A DNA stretch of 24,176 nt from a virus (lineage: Duplodnaviria; Caudoviricetes): positions 1-24,176 of IMG/VR virus record IMGVR_UViG_3300044293_000141; one strand, written 5' to 3'. Below, piece after piece: positions 15,429 to 23,653 of this stretch (the first letter of the stretch is position 1; every line of letters starts with the position of its first letter). Under the pieces are notes generated by a model. That model was given only the letters and a program-made list of their open reading frames with translations. It made no database searches and was not told where the DNA came from. Both the position numbers and the translations under genes were made by a program.

Positions 15429-16822
15429 ATAGTCCAATCGTTCACTTTGACTAACTTAGGAATTTCACGCGGAGAATAGCCTTGGCCGTATCCATCGGGA
15501 TTGTTCTGATTGGAATCGGCAATGCCATCTTGTTCATCTCGTTTGGCATCATACAGCTTCATCTTGGAGCGGTCAATACCAATTACAAACTTTTTATTCA
15601 CAGTCGCACTATTGTAACGATTCTTGAGTTGCTTGACTAGAATCTGACCAGTCTGCTCTAGATCTTCTGTGCTGATAAGAGCAACAAAGAAATCTGCTGT
15701 GGCAGGAAGACCAAACGACTCTGAGGTGTCTTCAAGACCGAAATCGCTATTAGCAAATCCAGTTCGATTGACCTGAGTTGCCGAGAATATTGGTACATTG
15801 TATTCTACAGCCAATCCGCGAAGTTCTTCTGCAACAGACTTGATATAGAAGTAGCTGTTTGTGTTTGCGTTTTGCTTGATTCTAGCAGAAGAGCAGATGT
15901 TGATGTAGTCAACAAAGATAACATCTGGAACAAATCGCTTCTTGATCTTGAGTTCGTCAAGAAGATACTTAAAGTTAGCCACTGATGCACTGGCAGTAGG
16001 ATATTCCTTGATGATTAACTTACCATGCACCTTTTTCTTCAGTTGCTCCATCTTCTTGTCGTAAATATTCTTTGGAAGATCTTTTAGACTATCCAAAGTG
16101 ATGTCTAGAAGATTAGCATCAATTCGCTCTGCGATTCTTTCTTCTGCCATTTCGCATGTGATATACAGAACATTCAGATTCTGTACAAGACAATTTGCTG
16201 CATGGTGGCAGAGGAATAGAGACTTACCCACACCCGTACCAGCCATTATGATGTTGAGAGTCTTTGACGGGACTCCACCGCCAGTGATGGCATTGAAGAA
16301 TTCAAGATCAAACGGAATACGCTTCTCTAACTGATGATAGAACTCAAAGCGTCGATCAGCATCATCAATGTAGTCGTGACCAATATGGTTGTCAAATGAC
16401 ACAGACAGAGCATTAGAAAGAATACTAGGGATTGCGTTCTTTGTATGTGTCTTTGATTTTCCATCGAAAATATGAATAGAATCCATAATAGCATTATAAA
16501 CGGCCTTATCCTTTACATGATTCTCAGTCTGTTCAATCAGCCAAGTTAGATCGGTCTGTTCTGGATTGGAATACAAAGATTCAACACACTTGGAGCATTC
16601 CGAGAACTCGTCTTCTGAAACAAGGTCAAGCTTACCAAGGCTGATATCAAGAGCCTCCCTTGTGGGGAGGCTGTTATACTTAGTAATAAATTCTGAAACC
16701 AGATTGAAGATCTTTTTATTTACATTGTTACTGAAATATTCTTCCTTGAGGAATGGATGTACTTTACGAACATATTGCTCATTCGTTGCCAGATTCTTCA
16801 ATATAACTGATTCCATCGTCAT
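15425..16822 (-). CDS. gp41: T4 gp41-like replicative helicase
   Basis: Walker A AGTGVGKS plus EMAEERIAERIDAN, IKEYPT, VDYINI, SATQVNR, SESFGLPATAD and KNRY. Confidence 0.95.
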   Translation of the reverse strand: MTMESVILKNLATNEQYVRKVHPFLKEEYFSNNVNKKIFNLVSEFITKYNSLPTREALDISLGKLDLVSEDEFSECSKCVESLYSNPEQTDLTWLIEQTENHVKDKAVYNAIMDSIHIFDGKSKTHTKNAIPSILSNALSVSFDNHIGHDYIDDADRRFEFYHQLEKRIPFDLEFFNAITGGGVPSKTLNIIMAGTGVGKSLFLCHHAANCLVQNLNVLYITCEMAEERIAERIDANLLDITLDSLKDLPKNIYDKKMEQLKKKVHGKLIIKEYPTASASVANFKYLLDELKIKKRFVPDVIFVDYINICSSARIKQNANTNSYFYIKSVAEELRGLAVEYNVPIFSATQVNRTGFANSDFGLEDTSESFGLPATADFFVALISTEDLEQTGQILVKQLKNRYNSATVNKKFVIGIDRSKMKLYDAKRDEQDGIADSNQNNPDGYGQGYSPREIPKLVKVNDWTI

Positions 16823-17096
16823 TGATTACCTCTCCATCAAAGCCATCACCGATCATGCTATTCTGTTCTTCTAGAAACTGAACTAGAAGATTGCCTACGA
16901 CGTTGTTGAACTCTTCCTTTTCTGACTCAAGGATTGTACCCTTAACTACGTCATAGTTAAAGTTTAAAAGAAGATTATTATCCTTCTCTTCAAGTCTTAC
17001 AATTCCATATTGAATTGCAATGCCCTTAAATCTGCCTTCATCAATTTCGATATGAGCATTTCCATCCCCTTCATTTTGAATAATATTAAACTTCAT
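16779..17096 (-). CDS. Acidic hypothetical protein in the gp40 position (between uvsX and 41)
   Basis: Likely start is ATG 17096 (MKFNIIQ), since the upstream extension overlaps the next gene. Any gp40 relation is positional only. Confidence 0.6.
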   Translation of the reverse strand: MKFNIIQNEGDGNAHIEIDEGRFKGIAIQYGIVRLEEKDNNLLLNFNYDVVKGTILESEKEEFNNVVGNLLVQFLEEQNSMIGDGFDGEVINDDGISYIEESGNE

Positions 17097-17349
17097 ATTC
17101 TTCTGCTCTTTCTTTTGCTTCTTCGATTGACATGTCTTCGATGAAGCAAGGAGTTCCAGAGCCAACCCAGGCTCCAATGATATTGAACTCAAAATACTCC
17201 TGTGCTTCATCAAAAGTCATACCATCTGCCATCAAATTTTCAATGATCTTTTTTTGGCTATATGCTGCGATTGGTTCGTTTTGGCCAAATCTCCACATGA
17301 AACCAATAAAAGCGTTGTCGTGACCATCGCAAAATAAAATTTCACCCAT
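17086..17349 (-). CDS. Conserved small phage hypothetical protein
   Basis: The pattern DG.D.A.IG...Y....I...L..DGM..DEA.EYFEFNI.GAWVG..TP.F is recalled as widespread in phages. Likely start is ATG 17349. Confidence 0.7.
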   Translation of the reverse strand: MGEILFCDGHDNAFIGFMWRFGQNEPIAAYSQKKIIENLMADGMTFDEAQEYFEFNIIGAWVGSGTPCFIEDMSIEEAKERAEEYEV

Positions 17350-18352
17350 ACTTAAAATCCTCTTGAACGCGCTCATCAATTTTCTTTAGAATCTCCTGAG
17401 TGAAATACTTCTCAGGCTCTTCGTTGATATGCTTTTCAAACACTTTTGTACCATCAGGAAGCTCAATCTTAGTAGAGTTCTTCTTGAAGATACCGTAATC
17501 CAAGGCAAGGTCAACAAGACCGTAATAACGGTTCAAGCCGCTATCGAAATTTAGTTGAACCTGAACGATCTTGTTCTCCTTGGTTAGTCGGCTCTTGTAA
17601 AGTTTGCAAGTAATTAGATTACCTACAACTTCATCGTCCTGCTTATCCTTCTTCTTGGACAGAGTTACGATAGTAGAAGCCGCATATTTTAGACCAGATC
17701 CACCACCAAGTTCCTTAGTTGGAACATAGGCTCCTACTACATCGTAGGTATGGTTTGTCATAATCATGGGAATCTTGGCCTTGCCAAGCTTCAGCGTTAG
17801 AACGCGGAAGGTTCCCTTGATGACTTGTGCGCGTGTCATATCGCGGGTATTCTTACCTTCAGCAACATCATTCATTTCCTTGGCAGTGCTTAACATGCCT
17901 AGCGAGTCAAGAACAATCATCATTGGCTTGCGCTCAGATTCGTCTGTCGCAAGAACCTTATCAACGATTGTCAGGCACTGGTGGCGGAATTCTTCGACTG
18001 TCTCCACCGGAAACACGGCAACCCGCTTTGGGTCAACTCCGCGCTCAGTAAACATGTCGCTGGTTACTGCTTGTTCTGTATCGAAGTAAAGAACGATACC
18101 TTCTGGATTCGCTTCCAGAAATTGTGCAACAACACCAATACTGAAGTAAGTCTTGCCAGTAGCAGATTCACCAGCCAAACAGGTAATTTTGTTACTAGGT
18201 AAACCATCGAATAGGCTACCAGATAACAGAGCATTAAAAGCATAAGACCCAGTATCAATATAGCCGCAAACGTCAGATCCATCAAGTCCATCTTCGACTT
18301 TACTTGCGAATTTGTTTCCTGAGACATTAATCATTTCCTTTAAAAAGTCCAT
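17342..18352 (-). CDS. uvsX: UvsX RecA-like recombinase
   Basis: Motifs DTGSY.FNALLSG, Walker [28 protein letters not shown] and [10 protein letters not shown]. Confidence 0.93.
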   Translation of the reverse strand: MDFLKEMINVSGNKFASKVEDGLDGSDVCGYIDTGSYAFNALLSGSLFDGLPSNKITCLAGESATGKTYFSIGVVAQFLEANPEGIVLYFDTEQAVTSDMFTERGVDPKRVAVFPVETVEEFRHQCLTIVDKVLATDESERKPMMIVLDSLGMLSTAKEMNDVAEGKNTRDMTRAQVIKGTFRVLTLKLGKAKIPMIMTNHTYDVVGAYVPTKELGGGSGLKYAASTIVTLSKKKDKQDDEVVGNLITCKLYKSRLTKENKIVQVQLNFDSGLNRYYGLVDLALDYGIFKKNSTKIELPDGTKVFEKHINEEPEKYFTQEILKKIDERVQEDFKYG

Positions 18353-18969
18353 TACTTATTTTCCTTAATATCATAGTAGTAATTATCATCATGTCCGTCA
18401 ATGATCCATCGATCACTTTCTCCCTCACATCTCCAACTAGTATTATCAACTTTGAAATCGGGTTTTGTAGGGAAAGGTTTAGTTACAAATGACATGTTCT
18501 TCCAATACACCCTATTATTTGGTTGTAGTGTGTAGTTGCCGTTATCCAAAGCAATCATATGAAGACATTTATATTGAGATGGTTCGTCGGAATAAGAATT
18601 GCGATACCAATCAAATGTCATAACGTATTCTCCCCAATGCTCTGACTTATCTTTGAGAATAACCTTTGATCTTGTATCAAACAAAGCATCATATTCTACA
18701 ACAGAAACATTTTCGTGAAAGCAATCCCACAACTGCAAGTAATCAAGAGGCATTAAGGGAGCGTCTTGTTTCCAACAAAGCATATGTATTGGCACTCTAC
18801 TTCTTACCAAACCATAATCAGTCATTACATGAAAAGTCATAGCACTTCCAGAACAAGATTGTGCTCCAAAGACCATAACTTTATCAAATTCACCAATATG
18901 GTCTTGGTGCTGATACATGTGTTCCTTGCGAAGAAAGCAATAAAATTGATTAATGTTTACGTTATGCAA
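18352..18969 (-). CDS. Conserved hypothetical protein between gp43 and uvsX
   Basis: Aromatic, His and Cys rich, with LQLWDCF, Y..T.DW, K..H...LDNGN...QPNNR. Likely TTG start at 18969 with GGAG 7 nt upstream. Confidence 0.65.
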   Translation of the reverse strand: MHNVNINQFYCFLRKEHMYQHQDHIGEFDKVMVFGAQSCSGSAMTFHVMTDYGLVRSRVPIHMLCWKQDAPLMPLDYLQLWDCFHENVSVVEYDALFDTRSKVILKDKSEHWGEYVMTFDWYRNSYSDEPSQYKCLHMIALDNGNYTLQPNNRVYWKNMSFVTKPFPTKPDFKVDNTSWRCEGESDRWIIDGHDDNYYYDIKENK

Positions 18970-21499
18970 ATAAAGACTCCAAAGTGTTTCGTTTTTCTGT
19001 CTGCCATCCGATAGCATCCACAATGCTTTTGAGCGGATCTAGAAATGCCTTTTCAAACTGCGTATCATAGTCGATGTAGTTCTTTAAGTCAAACTCTTTC
19101 GGCAAAGAAGTCATGAATGAAATTACACAATCCTTGCCCGTGATTCCACCAACTGGGTTGGGAGACTTAAGATATAGGAACTTAATCTTGTCCGCATCAC
19201 AAATGAACTGGTATTTCTTTCCGAGATCATACTTCTTGATATAGTAGTTGAACAGGAGTGCTCCCTTGACGGCGATTGGAGTACCCTTCTTATAGATCGT
19301 AAACGAATCTGTATAGTCCTTGACTCCGTTCACTGAACGAGGGAATGCAATATCCTCTGGAGCAAGCTTTCGGAACTTCTTTCTGAAGCTTTCTATGTAA
19401 TCGATCAGGGTTGCATTGTCATTGGTCAGAATGATATCGATACACTTCTTTAATTCCTCACGCACAACCTGTGGAGTAGATGAACGGGATGTTTCGATGC
19501 CCATGATCTTGGTCTTTGGCTTGGTGTAGCGAACACCTTCAGAGTCGTGAACCAGGAGCATGTACCGCTTCTTTGCTGTCCAGATACCCTTTGATGCAAT
19601 AGACTCTCGCTTCATGAACATCTTGTTGTCATAGGCATTCATGAACTCAGCAAGTTCGTCATAGGATTTCTTGATATACGGCTCCACGATTTCCTTGCAG
19701 CATTTGTCCAGATAGGTCACGATTTCTTCTACTGACTTGCCCTTGGCAAGAGTATTTACTAATGGACCCATGTTGATATAGATTGAGTCTGTGTCGCTGG
19801 CAACGACATAATCGTGGTTTGTCTTGAGCATCTTGTTCAAGAACTCATTGATCTTGTTTTCGATCCAACGAATTGAAAGCTGACCAGATAGAGTAATAGC
19901 TTCGGCAATCTCTTCATCGTAATACCGGAAGTATTCATTTCCAATCGCACCATAAGCGGAGTTTAGCTGAACCTTACGGGACATCTGGAAATTGTTGAAC
20001 TTAGCAATCTGTAGTTCCAGATCTTCTCGCTCTGGACTTTCTGGGCCAAGCTTCTCAAGCTTCTTCTGGCAGTCAATCATCTGCTTCTTGTACTGGCTTC
20101 GTTCAGCATACATCTTCTCCATGAGTCGAGGAAGAAAGCCCTGATTGGTCTTGGTGAAACCAACTCCATTTGCAGCAACCGAAATACCATGTGTCTTGGC
20201 TAGTTCTAGGTACTGGACAGCCTTAGAATTTTTTTCCAGAATATCCATGGGCTTCAGACCATTACGAACAAACAAGAACGACTTGTCTTCCTTTGTTTCA
20301 GGAGACAGATTATATTGCATGATGAGGTGTGGATAGAGGCTATTCAAGTCGAATGAAACGATCCAGTCATTCATGCCGAGAATTGGTTCCTTGACGTATG
20401 CACCTTCGTACTGCTGTTCCTTGATCGCTGTCTTCTTTGGAGGAATTACAATCTTATCCTTGAGGAGTTCATTGTAGATGATCGTGTCCCAAGTACGAAC
20501 CTGACTGAATACATCGTCGTAGTTTACCTTGGCAGAATATGCCACGGCAAGAACAAGTTCAATCAGCTTCATCTTGCGTTCAAGCTTATAGACTAGCTCG
20601 ACATCGTGGAAGTTATACTGCACGAACTTATTGAAATCGTTCTTATAGAACTCCTTCAGGTTGTCATACTCATCATAGGACAACTTACGCTCACCTAATT
20701 CCACTGAGGCAATGTAATCAAGACGATACGATTCCTGCTTGCTGTATGTGAACTTCTGATATAGTTCGTAATAGTCCAGAGTAGATACTCCAACCATCTC
20801 GTAGCACTTCTGAGGACCACGGCTAGTCTGAATCGTCTTTTCGTAGATTCGTTCAAATGGAGATAGCTTCAGGACTTCATCTGATCCTAGAACTCTTACA
20901 ATACGATTGTAGAGATATGGAATATCGAAGAACCGGACATTCCATCCGGTGATAATGTCTGGAGCATGCGACTCCCAGAAGAACAAAAACTCTTCCAGCA
21001 GTTGCTTTTCGTTGTCATACTTCTGGCAACGAACATTTGGATCATCGATATTAAATTCGCCAAGACCAAACACATAGGAACGATCATTGATACGAACAGT
21101 AATTGCAATCACTTGCTCCGAGGGATTACTGATCTGCGGGAATCCATCTTCACAAGTAGTTTCGATATCAATATACGCAATTACAATCTTACGAATGTCA
21201 TATGAAATGTCTTGGGGAAATTCTGTGGCGATGAACTGATAAACAAAGTCAGTCTGGCCATAGATCTCAAAGCCAATGACATTCTTATACTTGTCGATGA
21301 ACTCACGGCATTCGTACATGCTACCGGGCTGGATCGGTTCTAGACGAACTCCATCGAGTGTTCTCCACTCAGTCTTGTTCTTGGTTGGAATAAAAAGAGT
21401 CGGGTTAAAGGGGATTGCCCTTTGAACCCGAACTCCATTTTCCACCCCTCTGTAGAGGATCTTAGATCCGTGGCTCTCGACGCATGTGTAGAATGACAT
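18962..21499 (-). CDS. gp43: T4 gp43-like family B DNA polymerase
   Basis: Exonuclease motifs DIET, GWN..FFDIPY, YN..D and polymerase motifs SFDLNSLYP, K..LNSAYG, SDTDS, KKRY. Confidence 0.97.
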   Translation of the reverse strand: MSFYTCVESHGSKILYRGVENGVRVQRAIPFNPTLFIPTKNKTEWRTLDGVRLEPIQPGSMYECREFIDKYKNVIGFEIYGQTDFVYQFIATEFPQDISYDIRKIVIAYIDIETTCEDGFPQISNPSEQVIAITVRINDRSYVFGLGEFNIDDPNVRCQKYDNEKQLLEEFLFFWESHAPDIITGWNVRFFDIPYLYNRIVRVLGSDEVLKLSPFERIYEKTIQTSRGPQKCYEMVGVSTLDYYELYQKFTYSKQESYRLDYIASVELGERKLSYDEYDNLKEFYKNDFNKFVQYNFHDVELVYKLERKMKLIELVLAVAYSAKVNYDDVFSQVRTWDTIIYNELLKDKIVIPPKKTAIKEQQYEGAYVKEPILGMNDWIVSFDLNSLYPHLIMQYNLSPETKEDKSFLFVRNGLKPMDILEKNSKAVQYLELAKTHGISVAANGVGFTKTNQGFLPRLMEKMYAERSQYKKQMIDCQKKLEKLGPESPEREDLELQIAKFNNFQMSRKVQLNSAYGAIGNEYFRYYDEEIAEAITLSGQLSIRWIENKINEFLNKMLKTNHDYVVASDTDSIYINMGPLVNTLAKGKSVEEIVTYLDKCCKEIVEPYIKKSYDELAEFMNAYDNKMFMKRESIASKGIWTAKKRYMLLVHDSEGVRYTKPKTKIMGIETSRSSTPQVVREELKKCIDIILTNDNATLIDYIESFRKKFRKLAPEDIAFPRSVNGVKDYTDSFTIYKKGTPIAVKGALLFNYYIKKYDLGKKYQFICDADKIKFLYLKSPNPVGGITGKDCVISFMTSLPKEFDLKNYIDYDTQFEKAFLDPLKSIVDAIGWQTEKRNTLESLFA

Positions 21500-21543
21500 G
21501 CTTGGATTATAGCCACAAATCTTTGTAAATCAAGCCTTATCCT
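21484..21543. repeat. 60-bp direct repeat, copy 1
   Basis: 58/60 identical to 22628-22687, with mismatches at 21524 and 21537. Confidence 0.97.
21506..21533 (-). promoter_or_regulatory. sigma70-like promoter of gp43, TTGATT-N16-TATAAT, 6 nt before ATG
   Basis: Read directly. No RBS or room for one, so probably leaderless. Confidence 0.7.
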
Positions 21544-21850
21544 TGGACTTTACATAAGCCGAGAATAGAACGCAATAGTTCATAATGTCTAGAATTGCGT
21601 CCTGATAACCTTCATTATCAACTACAAGCTTACCAGCACTTGCGAAAGTGCTAAGACGAGATACCTTATCTGTGATTCGTACAAGGAATCCCTGTTCTGT
21701 ACTGCAAATACCCATTGCTTCGCATCTTTCAAAATTTGCAAATGGTTGTTCACCGCTATTACCAGCGTAGTCGTGATTCTTCTTCTTCATGATATGAAGA
21801 GCAGTCTGCGAAAGCTCTTCGTGATGCTTAAAAAGTTCTTCTCTATTCAT
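21530..21850 (-). CDS. Nucleotide modification-associated domain 1 (Nmad1/DUF1599)-like all-alpha protein
   Basis: Motifs KKNHDYA, FANF, VRI.DK..RL and D...D..NY. Confidence 0.75.
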   Translation of the reverse strand: MNREELFKHHEELSQTALHIMKKKNHDYAGNSGEQPFANFERCEAMGICSTEQGFLVRITDKVSRLSTFASAGKLVVDNEGYQDAILDIMNYCVLFSAYVKSKDKA

Positions 21851-22353
21851 ACTCCTGTGCTCCCAAAGCCACCGCTTCTATTTGTCTTCTGTATAGGTCT
21901 TTCAAAGATGTGATTATAAACAAAATGTTCAGTACGAACAAGTTCCATTTGGGCAACTCGTTCTTGATGGCCGATATCATACGAAATATCGCTTGTGTTG
22001 ACTAGAGGAATCATAAGTTCTTCCACATAATCAGAATCGATTACGCCTTCGCAGTTGACCAGAGCCAGACCCTTCTTGATTGCAAGACCAGAACGAGGGT
22101 GCATACGCACCGAGAAGTGCTTTGGAATGTCTAGAATGATTCCTGTGGGAACCAGGATTCTTTCCTTTGGTCCTATACGAATAGAGACTGAATTATCATC
22201 AGTCTTGATTGTACTCTTGTTATTGTACCGATCATAGACGGTAATTTCTTTGCCTTGAATGAAGGCAAACACATCAACGCAAGCCGAATCTTCTGTAGAA
22301 AAGCTGGGTGATTGTACAGTAGGATGAAGCTTATAAATTCCTATTGATTCCAT
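21847..22353 (-). CDS. dut: Trimeric dUTPase
   Basis: Motifs SAC.D, PRSGLA, GVIDSDY, ERVAQ and RSGGFGSTG. Confidence 0.93.
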   Translation of the reverse strand: MESIGIYKLHPTVQSPSFSTEDSACVDVFAFIQGKEITVYDRYNNKSTIKTDDNSVSIRIGPKERILVPTGIILDIPKHFSVRMHPRSGLAIKKGLALVNCEGVIDSDYVEELMIPLVNTSDISYDIGHQERVAQMELVRTEHFVYNHIFERPIQKTNRSGGFGSTGV

Positions 22354-22359
22354 AGTAAA

Positions 22360-22387
22360 AGTTTACACTAAAATGAGTAAAAGTCAA
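22360..22387 (-). promoter_or_regulatory. sigma70-like promoter of dut, TTGACT-N16-TAAACT, 6 nt before ATG
   Basis: Same geometry as the gp43 promoter. Confidence 0.65.
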
Positions 22388-22421
22388 GCGTCTGTAGCGT
22401 CAGAAAATTCTATGTTTGCTT

Positions 22422-22643
22422 TTATCCTTCCCAAACACCAACCCAATCACAATAAGGAGAATATTTTTGTATAATAAACTCTTTATACTGTTCTTGTGTA
22501 TGAGAGTTGAGTGTGCTGTTTCCTCCTGCACCTCCACTACTTGATCCACTACCAGCAGATCCTGCGGTTCCCACGGTAAAGTTGAGAGTGTCTCCTACTT
22601 TAAATCCGTCATGAAGACTTCCTCTGTATGTGTAGAATGACAT
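22422..22643 (-). CDS. 73-aa chimeric ORF or gene remnant (gp43 N-terminus plus glycine-rich tail-fibre-like fragment)
   Basis: Starts MSFYT, identical to gp43, then contains VGDTLNFTVGTAGSAGSGSSSGGAGGNSTL. Has its own copy of the gp43 promoter. Confidence 0.55.
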   Translation of the reverse strand: MSFYTYRGSLHDGFKVGDTLNFTVGTAGSAGSGSSSGGAGGNSTLNSHTQEQYKEFIIQKYSPYCDWVGVWEG

Positions 22644-22687
22644 GCTTGGATTATAGCCACAAATCTTCGTAAATCAAGCCCTATCCT
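22628..22687. repeat. 60-bp direct repeat, copy 2 (contains TTGATT-N16-TATAAT on the - strand at 22650-22677)
   Basis: Offset 1144 bp from copy 1. Confidence 0.97.
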
Positions 22688-22910
22688 CTATTACATTTAT
22701 CTCCCAAGACTGGTGAACTGTTCCGTCCCCTATTGTGTAGACAGGAACAATGTAATGAGTAGAATCGTCGTGTTCGGGAACGGAGTCTACCGTAAGACTG
22801 TAAAATTGAGATCGCTTTGGATTGTTATTCTTTTCAAGACCTTCTATCCAGTTTGGATCTAGTTCCAAAGTTTCTACTATTTCTCCGTTTTTCACTCTTG
22901 CGTACTTCAT
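22674..22910 (-). CDS. Small tail-associated hypothetical protein (tail fibre assembly-like)
   Basis: MKYARVKNGEIV start and P..D..TH...V.Q.W pattern. ATGA-coupled to the LamG gene. Confidence 0.55.
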   Translation of the reverse strand: MKYARVKNGEIVETLELDPNWIEGLEKNNNPKRSQFYSLTVDSVPEHDDSTHYIVPVYTIGDGTVHQSWEINVIEDRA

Positions 22911-23653
22911 CCGTATCTCCTTGGGTGTTCTGCGCTTGTTGGTGTGTATGCGGTTCCGAAATTTGTTGCAGTGGCAGTGCTGTGATTTCCCGTTATATCT
23001 ATTACTGCTGATCCTGATTGTCTAATCAGAGGATTATAGAACACCAAATTTTTGTTGCTTACAACATTTGGCTTTACCCCACGACTTAAAGCCAAGATTT
23101 CATCCCCCGATAGTTCCTTGTTCCAAACTGCTACTTCGGCAAGCCTCACATTCTGTCCCGCGCCGTCGTGACCGTACTGTGCGAGAGCAATTCCTATTCC
23201 GCTATTGATGTAAAAAATGGGATCAGAGAAATTTGATCCAGTTTTTGCTGTGGTGTTTGTTGCGGAATTTCCCCCGTTCAGGTACGCTGTTCTGCTGGCT
23301 CCACCAATTCGGAACACCCCACATGCGTGTGTCCAAGTATTTGTTGCCCACCCTACCCCAACTCCTGCTTGAGCGCGGGATGTGCCAGTACTAGTATAAT
23401 GCCCTGCCTCTACTCGTCGTGAAGTGGTAGTTGCATTGCTTAAAATCGAAAGCCCGTATTCGTAGAAATCCTCTGTGTTATTGTCTGCCATTTGAAAGGA
23501 AATCAGAGGTTCCCTTCCTGTAGTTCTGTTGGAGTAGAACCATACACTCATTGTTATGTCGTATGAGGTTAAATCCCAATACGATGTTGCAAGCACGCTT
23601 GGAAAATCTATTAATTGAGCCGTTATGACTCCACTGCCAAACTCAAGACTCAT
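22907..23653 (-). CDS. LamG/concanavalin A-like lectin domain protein (tail or adhesin)
   Basis: Motifs ITMSVWF, NTWTHACGVF, AYLNG and LAEVAVWNKELS..EI..L. Confidence 0.85.
   Translation of the reverse strand: MSLEFGSGVITAQLIDFPSVLATSYWDLTSYDITMSVWFYSNRTTGREPLISFQMADNNTEDFYEYGLSILSNATTTSRRVEAGHYTSTGTSRAQAGVGVGWATNTWTHACGVFRIGGASRTAYLNGGNSATNTTAKTGSNFSDPIFYINSGIGIALAQYGHDGAGQNVRLAEVAVWNKELSGDEILALSRGVKPNVVSNKNLVFYNPLIRQSGSAVIDITGNHSTATATNFGTAYTPTSAEHPRRYG

Noticed and set aside
22354-22421. tRNA or other RNA gene in the largest intergenic gap
   Set aside because: No cloverleaf or T-loop motif, and the gap holds the dut promoter.
21484-22687. Diversity-generating retroelement TR/VR pair (both mismatches are A versus G on the - strand)
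   Set aside because: No reverse transcriptase in the window, only two transition mismatches, and the repeat covers a promoter and start rather than a C-terminal variable region.
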